A DNA stretch of 63,174 bases, the filler included, from Octopus bimaculoides (taxonomy: Eukaryota): NCBI RefSeq assembly GCF_001194135.2. It is 4 parts of 3 records of this genome, joined end to end, with 100 filler letters (N's around TTAATTAATTAA, not from the genome) between each part and the next. Parts side by side here need not be neighbours in the genome. Positions count along the whole stretch, not along the records: positions 35,440 to 59,420 come from NC_068989.1; positions 59,521 to 63,174 come from NC_068982.1; 2 more parts are not named here. One strand, 5' to 3'. This document shows positions 50,842-63,174 of this stretch, one piece after another. How positions within the stretch are numbered: the stretch's first letter is position 1; every line of letters starts with the position of its first letter. A program made the translations under genes and the position numbers. A model generated the notes under the pieces. That model had not been told where the DNA came from and searched no databases. It was given only the letters and a program-made list of their open reading frames with translations.

Positions 50842-51816
50842 ACACCCATGACATCATGTGATGGCTGTAAATGACCTTCACCATTATACCAATGATGTTG
50901 AGTGTTTTCGGTCTTCCATTATAAAAAGAAAGTATTTGGCATTGGGAAATATTATCATGCTTGGAAACAGGTGAGATTGGTGACAAGAAGGGCCATCCAA
51001 CCATAGAAGAATCTGCCTGGACAAAGTTTGTCCAACGCATACAAGTATGGAATGGCAAATGCTTAATATTGATGATGACGACAAGAGGCTTCTTTCAGTT
51101 TCTTTTGAAACTCCTGGTATGTTTTGTCTGTTTGTCTACCAAATCCACTAACAAGGCTTTGGTTAGCTCGGGGCCCCAGTAGAAGACATTTGCATAAGCT
51201 CTCTTTGGGGTGTAAGTGCTTGATTTCCTAAATACAAACTGCATGTTCTCACAAAACCTCCAATGGGGGGAAAAAATGGAAAAAAAAGACAAACAGACAT
51301 AATATCTCTCACAAACTACAAACAAAAAATATTCTGAACATGACAGATTCCAACAAGAATTCCTTGAGTAAAGAATGCAAAAGCTAAAATGTTATATAAT
51401 AACATGATTATCAAAAACTTTAAACAATAAATCATTTTAAATTAAAAGGTAATTTTTGTTTTCTTTTGTGACTTTCTTAATAAGGCTAATCAAAACTTAC
51501 ATAGAGAATTTAATGATATTAGGAATTAAGAAGAGGAAGATAAAATAAAAAAAGAGAAAAATATTACTTGAGTAAAAAAAAAGAGTGAGTTTTAATGTTT
51601 TTATTCTAAAGAAAATACAATATAGAATAGCAGGTAGAAGTGACTGACTTTTGGGTAGGGACATGGGTTTATCATCATCATTGTCAAAATCCAGAGCAAA
51701 TCACAGAAGCTCCTCAATTCACAGGAAACAACTTTGAAAGTGATGATGTTAAAACTTAGAGAAAGAAGTTATTTTTTATTAAACAACTATTCTTAGAACT
51801 CTTTGATACCACCTGA

Positions 51817-51886
<70 letters not shown>

Positions 51887-53551
51887 TGTTTGTACATAAT
51901 ATATCTATATACATATATGTATGTACTATATATAAATATGTGTGTGTGTAAATGTATGTGGATGTATATGTTGATATGCAAACATTCTACTCTTAGTAAT
52001 CTAAGGTATTTCTTGAAAAACACCCACAACTAATTAATCACTGTCCAGATATTTATTAGCCACTAGAATTCCTTCTGTTCACTCAGTATTTGCTAATATG
52101 CTTCTTAGAAAATAACTGTAAGTAGGTTTTTATTTTCTTTTTGCTGTTTCTTTCTCTCTCTGCTAATTATACAAGAAACAGGTAAATTTCTAAAACCTTG
52201 GCAAGTGATTTGATATTTTGTAATCCTGCAACATAGTTTTTCCTCTCAAGTAATTGCTGCCAAACAGACAATAAAACTGCTCTTAACAAGTCTTTCATAT
52301 GAAGAATACAGCTTTGTCTTGTGATTAAGTACAAAAATACCATAATTAAACTCTCACATTTGCCACTAATATTGGAACATCTGCCTCTCAGACCAATATT
52401 GCATTTCTATTTTGTCTGTTTGTCTGTCTGTCTGTCTGTCTCTCTCTCTTTCTCTTATACGTGCACTCACATAGAATTACGAAACCCTAACTAACATAAT
52501 GTGTCTATAACAGCAAAATTTATCTGGAATATCTCTGGGTCTAGTCTACTAAAGTGCAAAAGCCCATGCACACACTTACCCTCTGTCAGTTACAACGACA
52601 AGGGTTCCAGCCAACCCGATCAACAGAGCAGCCTGCTTGTGACATTAATGTGCAGGTGGCTGAGTACTCCACAGACATGCATTACCCTTAACTGTAGTTC
52701 TCCGGGAGATTCAGTGTGACACAGAATGTGTCATGGCTAGCCCCTTTGGATTACAGGTACTACTCATTTTTACCAGCTGAGTGGACTGGAGCAACATAAA
52801 ATGAAGCATCTTGCTCAAGGCCACACACCTTTGCATTTGCACATGCACACACTCACACACACGCATGCATGCACACACACACGCGCACACACACACTTTA
52901 TTTTCTCTTTTTTTCTTTCACTGGTAGCAATCTTAAAATCCGCTTCAAATGCTGAACTTGTTTTCCTTTGGAAAGGAATCGTAACAACAATTCCGAAATT
53001 GTCCCTTGATGTTTTCTTATTCCATCTTCTGGTTGTTTTTGGTGAAACGAGATCATAATTGAATGCTTCCACAAACTGAACTGTTCTTGCTTACAGATTT
53101 CCAATAAGTCAATTACTGATTCACTCTGTTTCCAATAAAATAAATGACAAGGAAGCATCGGAACAACTCGGATGAAACAAAATACCTCAGTGCTAGATTA
53201 TTGCTTTTGTTGGTAATCTTTGCAGATTGTGTTTGGTCAGTAGAGCGCCTTGCATATTTTATTCAGCTCTTAGTGTTTTGAGTTCAAATCCTGGTGAGGT
53301 CAGCTTTCATCCTTTTGGGTCAGTGAATCAAGGATAGAGATAAATTCTCCCTCCTCTGTCTCTCTCCTTTTCTCTCATCCCCTTCTCCTTTCTTACTTTG
53401 TTTTTCTCCCCTCTTCTCTCTCTTCCTCCCCTTTTTTTCTCTCTCTCTCACTCCCTCATTCCATCTCATCTCTCTCTCTGTAGCCGTTGGTACTTTGAGA
53501 TTCTATCGGTCTCTCTCTCTCTTTCTCTCTCTCTCTCTTTCTCTCTCTCTC

Positions 53552-53663
53552 TCGAAGGAACCATTAATAGTTTCATGCTTTGATGAAACTTGAACAAGCA
53601 TATTTATAAAATACGCCATGTATAAGTATCATCAAAGCATGAAACTATTAATGGTTCCTTCGA
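53552..53663. repeat. 112-bp hairpin with perfect 35-bp arms
   Basis: tcgaaggaaccattaatagtttcatgctttgatga (53552-53586) is the exact reverse complement of 53629-53663. Confidence 0.95.
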
Positions 53664-54108
53664 TTGTGTATTTAAATTGACGTATATCTCTCACTGGACG
53701 GAATACTCTTTCTATATTCTATCAGACCTGTAAACTATACACCCGCTTTTGTCTTCATTCCTGATCTCTCTCTCTCTCTCCGGCCAGGTAACCTTATATC
53801 TCCTCTACAGCAAGACACCTGTTTCTGTCTCACTATAACCTTTCATCATCTGACACAAGATCACCTCCTCCAATTCCCCTCCTCCCTTCTCGAAAGATTT
53901 TTGTCTTGCAAATTACTTGGTGACCCTGTCAGTGCAGGTGCCACTTGAAAAGCATCCAGTTCACACTGTAAAGTGGTTGGCATTTGGAAGGGCATCCGGC
54001 TGTAAAAATCTTGCGAAAACAGTCACAGAAACCTGGTGCAGGCTTCTGCTTAGCTGACTCCTGTCAAACCGTCCCACCATTAAATGAGGATGATGATGAT
54101 GATGATGA

Positions 54109-54139
<31 letters not shown>

Positions 54140-54163
54140 CTAAAAGGCGTCCATCATATATAT

Positions 54164-54194
<31 letters not shown>

Positions 54195-54229
54195 CACTGA
54201 AAGTACCCATCACATGTATATATATGTGT

Positions 54230-54630
54230 GACGGATGCCTTTCAGTTTCCATCTACCAAATCCACTCACAAGGCTTTGATTGGCCTGAGGCTATAATAGA
54301 AGACTCTTGCCCAAAGTACCATAGTTCAGTGGGACTGAACCTGGAACCATGTGTTTGAGAAGAAAGCTTCTTATTTCTTATTTCTTTATTGCCCACAAGG
54401 GGCTAAACATAGAAGGGACAAACAAGGACAGACAAATAGATTAAGTTGATTACATCGACTCCAGTGCGTAACTGGTACTTAATTTATCGACCCTGAAAGG
54501 ATGAATGGCAAAGTCGACCTCGGCGGAATTTGAACTCAGAACGTAACGGCAGACGAAATACCGCTAAGCATTTCGCCCGGCGTGCTAACGTTTCTGCCAG
54601 CTTCTTACCACACAGCCATGCCTGCACCTA
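54230..54630 (-). mobile_element. Nested SINEs: family A (~54366-54600) inserted in the head of family B, TSD TAAGAAGCT
   Basis: On the minus strand: taggtgcaggcatggctgtgtggtaagaag, then ctggcagaaacgttagc...aataagaaataagaag, then ctttcttctcaaacacatggttcc. On the plus strand agcttctta occurs at 54365-54373 and 54599-54607. Confidence 0.88.
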
Positions 54631-54841
54631 CTATTATTATTATGATGATGATGGTGGTGTACCATGGACTACATTATCCAATGTATTCTTTTTTATTTAT
54701 TTCACTCTAAGATGGTAGAATGTGGTTTGAGGGTTATTTGGCTGTTCTTGGTGACCACATTCATGCCACTCATCTCTGATTGTCTTTATGGTTTAAAGCT
54801 GAATGAGTTTGTAGTCAATGACTCACAGGGTGAAACCATCC

Positions 54842-54894
<53 letters not shown>

Positions 54895-54905
54895 CAGTAG
54901 TAGTT

Positions 54906-54938
<33 letters not shown>

Positions 54939-56720
54939 ATAGTAGTAAATATTGAGTTAAAGGTAATGACTTCCTTGTTCACACACAGCCACTTTGATTA
55001 AAGTAAATAATAATATTCAAAAAAAGTAACAAAGGAGATTTTATTCTGGTGATAATGTTTGTGTGACTAATTTGGGAATTGTTTGCCTCCACTTGTCAGA
55101 AAAATAAAATTGATATGATTCATTGATTAATATTGTTTTGTTTTGTGGGGTTCTTTTGTTGTGTGTGTATCTTTTTACTCATTGCATATCTGTTTCCTGG
55201 GTTAAAGTTTCCAAAACTGAGGGAAGCTGGTTCTCGTCTGGGTTGGGAGCACTTAGTGAAGAAGAAAGTTTGTAAGAGAGCCTTGTCAGTGTGCTTGCTT
55301 CAAGGGTGCAAGGGACGAAGAATGAAGTGCTTTAGGGGTTTTTGCCCTTCATGTGACAATGAGGAAGAGAGAGAGAGAGTGTGTGAGAGAGAGAGAGTGG
55401 TATTAGAGAAGTGTGCGAGCAATGTGAGCGAGAAGTTTGAGGTGTGAGGTTATTGTTATTTAATTTTGGATAAACTCTGATCAAGCGAGCATTCCTGTCA
55501 TCAAAGGCTTTCCAACCATGACCATATCACTTGTACTTTTCCTCCTGTGCATGTAACCTATAACAGCATTATCCACCATGTCCTTCTCTAAGATAGTAAT
55601 GAGTGATTTGAGGGAGAGTCCACTGTTGTTTCTAAGTAAATTGTGTGTCCATGTAAAAGTTCTGAGGTGAGTGGCATGGGATTAGGGGTGGGGTAAGATT
55701 TAGAGAGGCAAGTTAACTTTACTGTGTTTTTTTTTGGGAGGGCTTTATCCCCATGGCCTTTACAGACCCTATGACACTTGTGAGACCAACTGGGGGGGGG
55801 GGGGGCTCATTGAACTTTTTAATGCTTTACATTATTTGTTACTATATTTCTATGTTTTCTTTTTCTTTTAATTAATTCTCAAAATAATGAATAATTTCCT
55901 CAAGTAACACAATGTTGGTGTTTGGGACATGAAATAGTAATGAGGGATTATAATTAAAACAGGGATTTTGTTATTATAGAAACAGGGCTGTTTCAGGCAG
56001 ATTTGGTATCAAAGGGGTTAAATATATAACCCTTTTGTGGATTTGAACATCAACAAATGTTGAATTTGGTACGTTTATTGAGAGATTCTTGCATCATTAC
56101 ATCAGAAATACAGGAATGGCCATGGCCTTGTTGGGAAGGTTAGAATAATGGTTGTATTTTGCTGCTTAATCAGAGGAAATGGTATAGCCTTTCAGAAAGT
56201 AACGACAGCAATGAGGGATGATGATGGTAACAGCTTAGCTTTAGCACATGGTCATATTTTAAAGAAAGAGGTTATAGTTATTTGATGAAACCTCAATATA
56301 TAACTAGTTTCTAATTTGTCATGGGTAAAAGAACTGAATTGGAGGGATGAGGTGAGGGCCTGAATGGGCAACAAATTGTCTGGGGAAGAGTTTTGACAAT
56401 TTCTGTTGCTGATAAGAAATGTTGAAATGTATCACTCCAGACTTTGTCCTTCACCTATTTTAATATTTTCAGTGTATTTAAACATGTTTAGATGTGAACA
56501 CAGAATATAAAAGGACAAAGCAATATAACATGAAACGTTTAGCAAGGTGCCTTAATACTTCTGCCATTGTATTGTGTAGGGGTAGGGGTTGGAGTGGGGC
56601 CTGAAACACCTATCAGTGTGTGATTACATGTGTGTGTGTGTGTGCAGTGTGGAGGTGTGTGTAAAAGTGAATGTGTGTGTGACTATGTGACATATGGGTG
56701 AGCTGGATATGAGGTGTGGG

Positions 56721-56774
<54 letters not shown>

Positions 56775-58099
56775 GGCAGTGTGTTTTGTGTATGTATGAA
56801 CAAGGCAGGATAGGTACTGAGTGTGAGTGAGTACGTTTCTGTACAAGTCTATGTGTGTGTGTGTTGTGTGTGTGTGAGAGAGAGAGAAAGAGATCTGATG
56901 GACAGTGGTCAATGAATCTGATGACATTATCGATTTCTCTTCATTTTGCTCCATTGTTTCCATTGACAACCATTTGTGGACATATGCATGGATGTGTGTG
57001 TGTGTTGAAGAGTTAGTGTCAGTGGCCAGTGTGGTTCCTGGTTTGGTCACACTGCAATTTAACTTGAGCAAATGCATCGTTAACATAGAATCTGCTTGAT
57101 TAGTGAGAGCAATTTAAGAGATGAAAACCTTGTGGCAGTCCTGAATCATTATAAATATAATCATTGTTGTGAAACTCATTCCCATCCCTCATGGGGTCAA
57201 GCTGTCACGATAAGGATGCCCATGCATGCACACACACACACACGCACACACACACACAACTGGCACTTTGTCAGCTATGATGATGGGGTTCAACAGAAGA
57301 GCCAGCTCATGAAATTAACGTGCAAGTGGCTGAGTACTCCAAAGAGACACACATACCCTTAATGTAGTTCTCAGGGAGATTTAGTGTGACACAGAATGTG
57401 ATAAGGCTGGCCCTTTGGGATTCTAGGTACTTCTCATTGTTGCCGGCTGACTGGGCTGGAACAACATGGAATAAAGTGTCTTGTTCAAGTTCACAACCTG
57501 CTGCTGAGAATCGAACTCACGACCTTATGCTTGTGAGCTGAATACTCTAACCACCAAGCCATGCACCCTCCCCTCTCTCTCTCTCACACACACAAACAGT
57601 TTTATGTTTGTCAAATCTGCTCACAGGCTTTTGGTTGGCCCAGGGCTATACTAGAAAACTATAGACTGATCATTATTCCAGTTTCTATGGCATTTAAGAG
57701 ACTGAGAGTGTAAATATAATATGTGACAATTATTCAGTAGCCATGATAATGCTGCTGTTACTGTTGTTGTTGATGATGATGATGATGATAGTGATGATGA
57801 TGTGTAATATAATCATAAGGGCAGTAATTTTGAGTGGAGATGGTGGGTGCAGCAAAGGGTGGGTTCAGTCAAGTACATCACTGTCAGTACTTGACTTGGT
57901 ACTTCATTCTATTTATCTGTGAGAGATGAGAAGTAAAGATGGCTTCAGCAGGATTGAACCGTGAATATTGAGCCATTTTGTCTGCTGTGCTAATGGTGCT
58001 GACAATACATCATGCCATCATAATAATGATAAAAGGAACAGGACTTTAGAATGGACTTAATAAAACCAAAGAACGTGTGGAAAAGGGGATGAAAGTATT

Positions 58100-58670
58100 A
58101 AGTATCTTCTGAGTTCACACAAGGAATATAAATGCTGGTTTGACTGTGTTGGATCAAGGGAGCAATGGACTGTTATCCATATTTGTGGATTTGAAGGGAT
58201 GAAAAAAACAAAACAGCATAAAACAAGAATGAACGGTTGAGATGGTAATTACAGGATTTGATGGGATTTCTCCTTTGAGACTGATCATATGATTAAAGTA
58301 AGAAGATCAGCTACTATTAGTGGTAGAGGATAGAATGAAGAAATGATGAGAGATGCTGGACGTTGGGATAACAATTGATAATAGAGCAGATATGAAGGAA
58401 ACTCAGAAAATTGAGAAATATGAAAACTTATCCAAAAGAGATGGAGAGATTGTGAAAGAGAAGAGGGGGAAATTGTTCCTGTAATAAGGAGTGCATTTGG
58501 TACAATTCCAAAATTGCTACCTTGGAGGCTGATTCGGTAAGAATCCTGAGAAAATTTCTTGAGATTTGAGAAGAATTGTTGTCCTCAAATTCCAGGATAA
58601 ATTTACTCAGTAAGCATGTAAAAGCTTGTGTATTACAAAAACAAACACAATAATAAATAACTAAATAAAT
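58100..58670 (+). mobile_element. R4/Dong-clade LINE 3' fragment, heavily decayed
   Basis: Patchwork frames WDFSFETDHMIKVRR...LDVGIT.DNRADMKETQKIEKYENL...IVPVIRSAFGTIPK...RILRKFLEI*, followed by AAT-rich sequence. Confidence 0.65.
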
Positions 58671-59384
58671 AAATAAGAATAATGTTAATAGCAATAATGT
58701 TGATGTTGATAATGATGATGATGATGCATCGATGCACACAATATCAATGATGAGAAATTCTACATGTCATTTACTTGATGCACTGCTTGACCGCCTGGTG
58801 TTGAGGCAGGATTGAGAGTGGTGGTGGAAGCAGTGAAGTGGGAGGGTGGGTGAGTCATTAGTCAGGTACTCAATAATTGTGCGTATATATTTGCACTTGC
58901 TGTAACTGTGACAACTGCGTAATGGACCATTGTACTTGCTTGCGAAGCGTGAATGAGTGATTTTTTTTTGTTTTTTGTCGTAGCTTCGTGCGTGTTTCGA
59001 TGTGTCTCATAAACCAGCAATACAATGTTCCACCAGAAAATCACTTCATGTGATTTCAAATGAGACAGCTTCCAACTGTAGCCCAATAAATTGCCAAACA
59101 TTTGCTGCTTTTCTGGATCTCTTCTTGCTTCTCTTATCAGATTTGCAGGTTATTTTTTTGTTTTTCTTTTATGGGTTTCGCTTGCTGCACTGCGACCATA
59201 CTGAAGCACTGACATGATTTTTTTTTACTTAATTATATTGACCCCAGCATTTATTTATGTCTGGTACTAATTTATTGATCTATAGCTATTGAACACCTAA
59301 GATTTACACTTTTCATACAAAAGAAGGGTATTGATAATTCAATACATCAATTACACACACACGCACACATATATAGGATATGAT

Positions 59385-59420
<36 letters not shown>

Positions 59421-59520
59421 NNNNNNNNNNNNNNNNNNNNNNNNNNNNNNNNNNNNNNNNNNNNTTAATTAATTAANNNNNNNNNNNNNNNNNNNNNNNN
59501 NNNNNNNNNNNNNNNNNNNN

Positions 59521-59575
<55 letters not shown>

Positions 59576-60594
59576 TGTGTGAGTGTGTGTGTGATAGAGA
59601 AGAGACGTAATAAATGAATAGAAAAGGGCTTAGAAGGTATGTAAAAACCGAAAGAATAAAATATGGCAAGAATGAAAAAATCAAAAGGAAAATGAAACCG
59701 TTCTTGTCGAGAGTAGAAAAGCTCAGCGTTGAGGTGTCCATGAGGGTTACTGCGCTGTGCGTCACAGCATATTGTTATCCCCGATATAGTGGTGGTGTTG
59801 ATATGTTACAGTATTGTAGCCACCTTTTATCGAATTGTTTGCATTTGTCATAATCCGCAGTTACCTATTTAGGTACATCTTATATGTGTATTTGCTCCAG
59901 AGGATGGGGCTCTTCTCAACTGAGCATATGTTACATTGTGTAACTGCATTATTACATGGTTTATTCCTTTCTTGTATTCTTCACTTTATGTTGAAATCTG
60001 TGCCCTTAACTTCTAGATATGATTTGACAGTTGTGTGGAGTTATCCTAAACGTAGCAGTATGGTTGTAATAACATAGTTTGAAATGTTTACCGCCATGTG
60101 ATTGATAAGCTCCTTTATGTAAATTGGTTTCTCTCAAGGTTATCTTTTTCTTACTTTTTATCCAGGAGGGAAGGTAGTGTCCATGATCCATTACAGAGCC
60201 TCTGACACTAGTAGAAGGGAGAGAGAAAGATATTATCAAACATAAACCTAGTATGAATGCTTGCAACAAAGTAGGATTCTCTAACGACACACACGGTACC
60301 AGGTGGTAGCGTTAAACCAGGATTCAGGTTAAGTCTACTACCCAAGTAGACCATGGTTTGAACTCAGAATATTAAAATCCGGAACAAATGCTGCAAAGCA
60401 TCCGGTCTGATTTTCTAACAGCTTCTCCGGTTCACCGCCTTGGATTAGCACTCCTTTTTTTTTTTTGTCAACCCGAAAGTATAAAAGGTAGAGTTGACTT
60501 CGGTGGGATTTGAACTCAAAATGTAGAGAGTCAGAAAAACTCTTCAAAGTATTTTGTTCGACGCTCTAATGACTCTAACAATTCTAAATGGTTT

Positions 60595-60900
60595 ATGGAA
60601 CTTCGCTTCACTCAGAGAGATGTCTAAAAGCTCTGCAATCCTGAAGTCAGTCTCGACGGTTATTCTAAAAGTCTTTTCAAAGTTTATTTAGTATGTGGTT
60701 GCTCATGTCTCTAAGTATAATTAGATATTCACCCTGTATAAACTGAAGTCTATGGACGTGAATTTCTTGGTGATCGTGTCTAAAATGTACAGTTTTGCAT
60801 TGATGTAGACATTCGTACACTGGATCGAATGTTTTGAACCCGGATGGAATCCGTATCGAGAGTAGAGTCTTTCTTCTGTGGAATATATTCTCTCTTTCTT
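60595..60900 (-). mobile_element. Penelope-like element reverse transcriptase fragment
   Basis: The minus frame LYILDTITKKFTSIDFSLYR (60732-60792), then IILRDMSNHILNKL...RITVETDFRIAELLDISL, resembles the Penelope GLYRDDGL...ITVETN...FLDxxL region. Confidence 0.65.
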
Positions 60901-60954
60901 TTTTATATATTGTACTTTTTGGCGAACTTTAATGCACTAATGAGAAGCACATGA

Positions 60955-61260
60955 AGGTAACAAATCTGCGGTACTAGAAGAGCTGAAAGCTGAAAGACGC
61001 GTATTGTCCAGAACCGTGTCCACAAAACTACTATATTTTGGACATACAATGCACAACGAGTTACTGCCTCAGGTCATTCTAACATGAAGTGTGGAGGGGA
61101 AAAAACAAGACGATGTTAAAGACATTTGTGGACTGACATCAACGTATGGACTGGAAACAGAAACCCAGCTGATTATATGCATACAGCACAATACAGAAAG
61201 AATTGGAGATTCTTGGCAGGCCGACTTCTGGTCATAAGGAGGGAATCTGGTTGGTGAGTG
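60955..61260 (+). mobile_element. RTE LINE 3' end
   Basis: SAVLEELKAERRVLSRTVSTKLLYFGHTMHNELLPQVIL...WTDINVWTG...TAQYRKNWRFL matches the RTE C-terminal YFGHxxR...W.D.I..WTG...AQDR..WR. Confidence 0.8.
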
Positions 61261-61421
61261 ATGTGTAAAATCTTAGGTATGGAAGAGTAAATGTTTACAA
61301 TGTCAGATTGGGTAAAACTCCAATATATTCTTATTAGATATTGCTAAGCCATTTTGCTACAGTATAATTAAGTTCTATTGCTGCAGGTTAGTAGCTCTTA
61401 TAATATTATTGCTATTGATAA

Positions 61422-61627
61422 GGCGGAGAGCTGGCAGAATCGTTAGCACGCCGGGCAACTTTCCGAGTTCTTTACTTTCCGACTTCAAATTCCGCCGAGG
61501 TCGTCTTTGCTTTCGTCCTTCTGGGGTCGATAAAATAAGTATCATTTGAACACAGGGGTCGATGTAATCGACTTATCCTTTCGCCCGAAATTGTTGGTCT
61601 TGTGCCAAAATTTGAAACTATTATTAT
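61422..61627 (+). mobile_element. SINE family 'A', full length, TSD TATTGATAA
   Basis: ggcggagagctggcagaatcgttagc...ttcaaattccgccgaggtcg...(tat)n tail. tattgataa at 61413-61421 and 61628-61636. Confidence 0.85.
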
Positions 61628-62239
61628 TATTGATAATTATTTTCTTACTAATTAAGCCTATCACGGATCTGGCGGAGTTAATAACCATAAATCTAAGATT
61701 AGAGATGAGACGCCTTTTGTTAACCTTAAGTGAGGTAAATGATTCGCATTTTGCAATTATTTATTGTACCTACTTTTAGGTCGTGTGCTATTTCTGCCTC
61801 ATTATTAATGCTATTGCGAATATGTGGGCTCGTTTTCTCACAACTTTGGATTATATTGTTAATTATTATTGTTTCTGAGGGCTGTTTTCTTTTTCGCAAA
61901 GATTCTTAGTCATGTGTGAATAATAACAATGCAATAAACTCTACAATTAGAATTATATATGGAGAACGGTCGAACCTAGAAATATTCAATATAAAAGTAA
62001 AAAGAATCAAAGTGGAAGTATTAAGAAATTTTTTTTAAAAAGGCGTCGGAGGGGCGATGCACACCCTGCACGCAAATTATAGTGTGGCTTAACAATGCGT
62101 TACTTGCCCTTGCTTTTTAATTGAACTGAATTAAACTTTGTAAATGTTTAACTAAAAGAGGATTAGAAGCCTAAGAACAGGGAAATTAAAAAATCAATTC
62201 GTAAATAAACGAAACCCTCGAATTCATTACTTAGAGCAC

Positions 62240-62840
62240 TATACTGGCAGCGCAGGACAAAGCTCTGGCCACGAACTGGAGGGTCAACCTGAGGAATGAG
62301 CAAGTGTCTCTACTGTGCCGCATCTGCAATAGAGTGGATGAAACCATTGCCCATGTCACGAACGAATGCCCTTGACTTGTCCCAAAACACTGCAAGTTGT
62401 GACGACACGATCAGGTAGCGAAAGTGCTACATTGGAAAATGTGCGAAAAGAGGGGGGGGCTAGAGAGAAGCAAGACGTGGTATGAACACAGTACACACAG
62501 AGTGGCAGAGTCGGAGACTATATCAAAATCCTCAGGGATTTCCCAGTCCAAACAGATCAGAAGCTAGAGTATAACAGACCGGACCTAGTGGGGGTGGACA
62601 AGGTGCACCACATATGCTATACAGTCGACGTTGCATGCCCTTTGACACGCGAATAGTCAAGAAGGAAAGCGAAAAGATAGATAGATAGATACAACCCTCT
62701 TAAGTACGAAATAGCCTGGCTATGAAAACTGAAGAACGGTATCAGAAGGCATCAAGAGGAATATAAAGGAAATTGGAATAGACTGCCCAGTAGAACTGTT
62801 ACAAAAGGTTTGCCACCTTGACATGGCCAAGGTAGCAAGC
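62240..62840 (+). mobile_element. R4/Dong-clade LINE fragment: CCHC zinc knuckle plus REL endonuclease
   Basis: ILAAQDKALATNWRVN...CRICNRVDETIAHVTNEC...RHDQVAKVLHWKMC...DFPVQTDQKLEYNRPDLVGVDK...VDVACPFDTRIVKKESEK...YNPLKYEI...LLQKVCHL. Stops and frameshifts present. Confidence 0.9.
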
Positions 62841-63099
62841 ACTAGATAGCTGAAAAGAATGGATAGCATGGTACCGTAGGCTACAGATAGCAAGCCCACT
62901 ATGCATGCAAGACTCCAGGAGTTCCAGCAAAACCTGTGATAAAGAGAATTTGCGTGTGTAAACTGGGAATGCATACAACGAGTTTCTCTGCCCTAGGTGT
63001 ACGGAAAACACTCGGCGAGAAATGGAAGAAAATTTGAAGAAAGAAGAAAAAAAACAACATAATAATAATAATAATAATAATGATAATAATAATTCTTTC

Positions 63100-63174
63100 T
63101 ACTATAGACACAAGGCCTGCCATTTGGGGGAAGGGGTGAGTGGATTATATCGACCCCAGTGTTTCATTGGCACT
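63100..63174 (-). mobile_element. SINE family 'A' 3' end (runs off the window)
   Basis: ctactatagacacaaggcctg...gattatatcgaccccagtg matches the 3' part of other copies. Confidence 0.7.

Noticed and set aside
52920-53170. Host exon (several open frames on both strands, some CpGs)
   Set aside because: No single frame has both good splice sites and recognisable homology; left unassigned.
61656-61733. 78-nt phase-0 exon PITDLAELITINLRLEMRRLLLTLSE|GTAAAT
   Set aside because: Weak AAG acceptor, isolated, and no homology recognised.

Overview
AT-rich, microsatellite-dense eukaryotic genomic DNA, almost certainly animal. The SINE families, LINE clades and N-TTAATTAATTAA-N gap pads suggest an octopus draft assembly; this is inference from recalled repeat sequences, not a database search. 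I cannot confidently identify any intact host protein-coding gene, tRNA, rRNA or CRISPR array, and most ORFs in the track are microsatellite or antisense shadows. The window holds decayed non-LTR retrotransposons (Tx1/L1, RTE, CR1-like, R4/Dong, Penelope), Tc1/mariner elements (one DD34D mariner, two DD37D maT), hAT and piggyBac MITEs, a probable solo LTR and many tRNA-type SINEs. The most interesting observations are: (1) one SINE family inserted at the same nucleotide of another SINE family in two copies (25.2 kb and 54.5 kb); (2) a 354-bp, ~94% identical foldback palindrome at 10.15-10.5 kb; (3) a mariner flanked by ~160-bp direct repeats; (4) two decayed Penelope-type hammerhead ribozyme cores; (5) a ~46-kb CpG-depleted domain with a promoter-like CpG island at 35.1-35.3 kb, which hints at an unrecognised host gene with small exons. 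Coordinates of decayed repeats are approximate.
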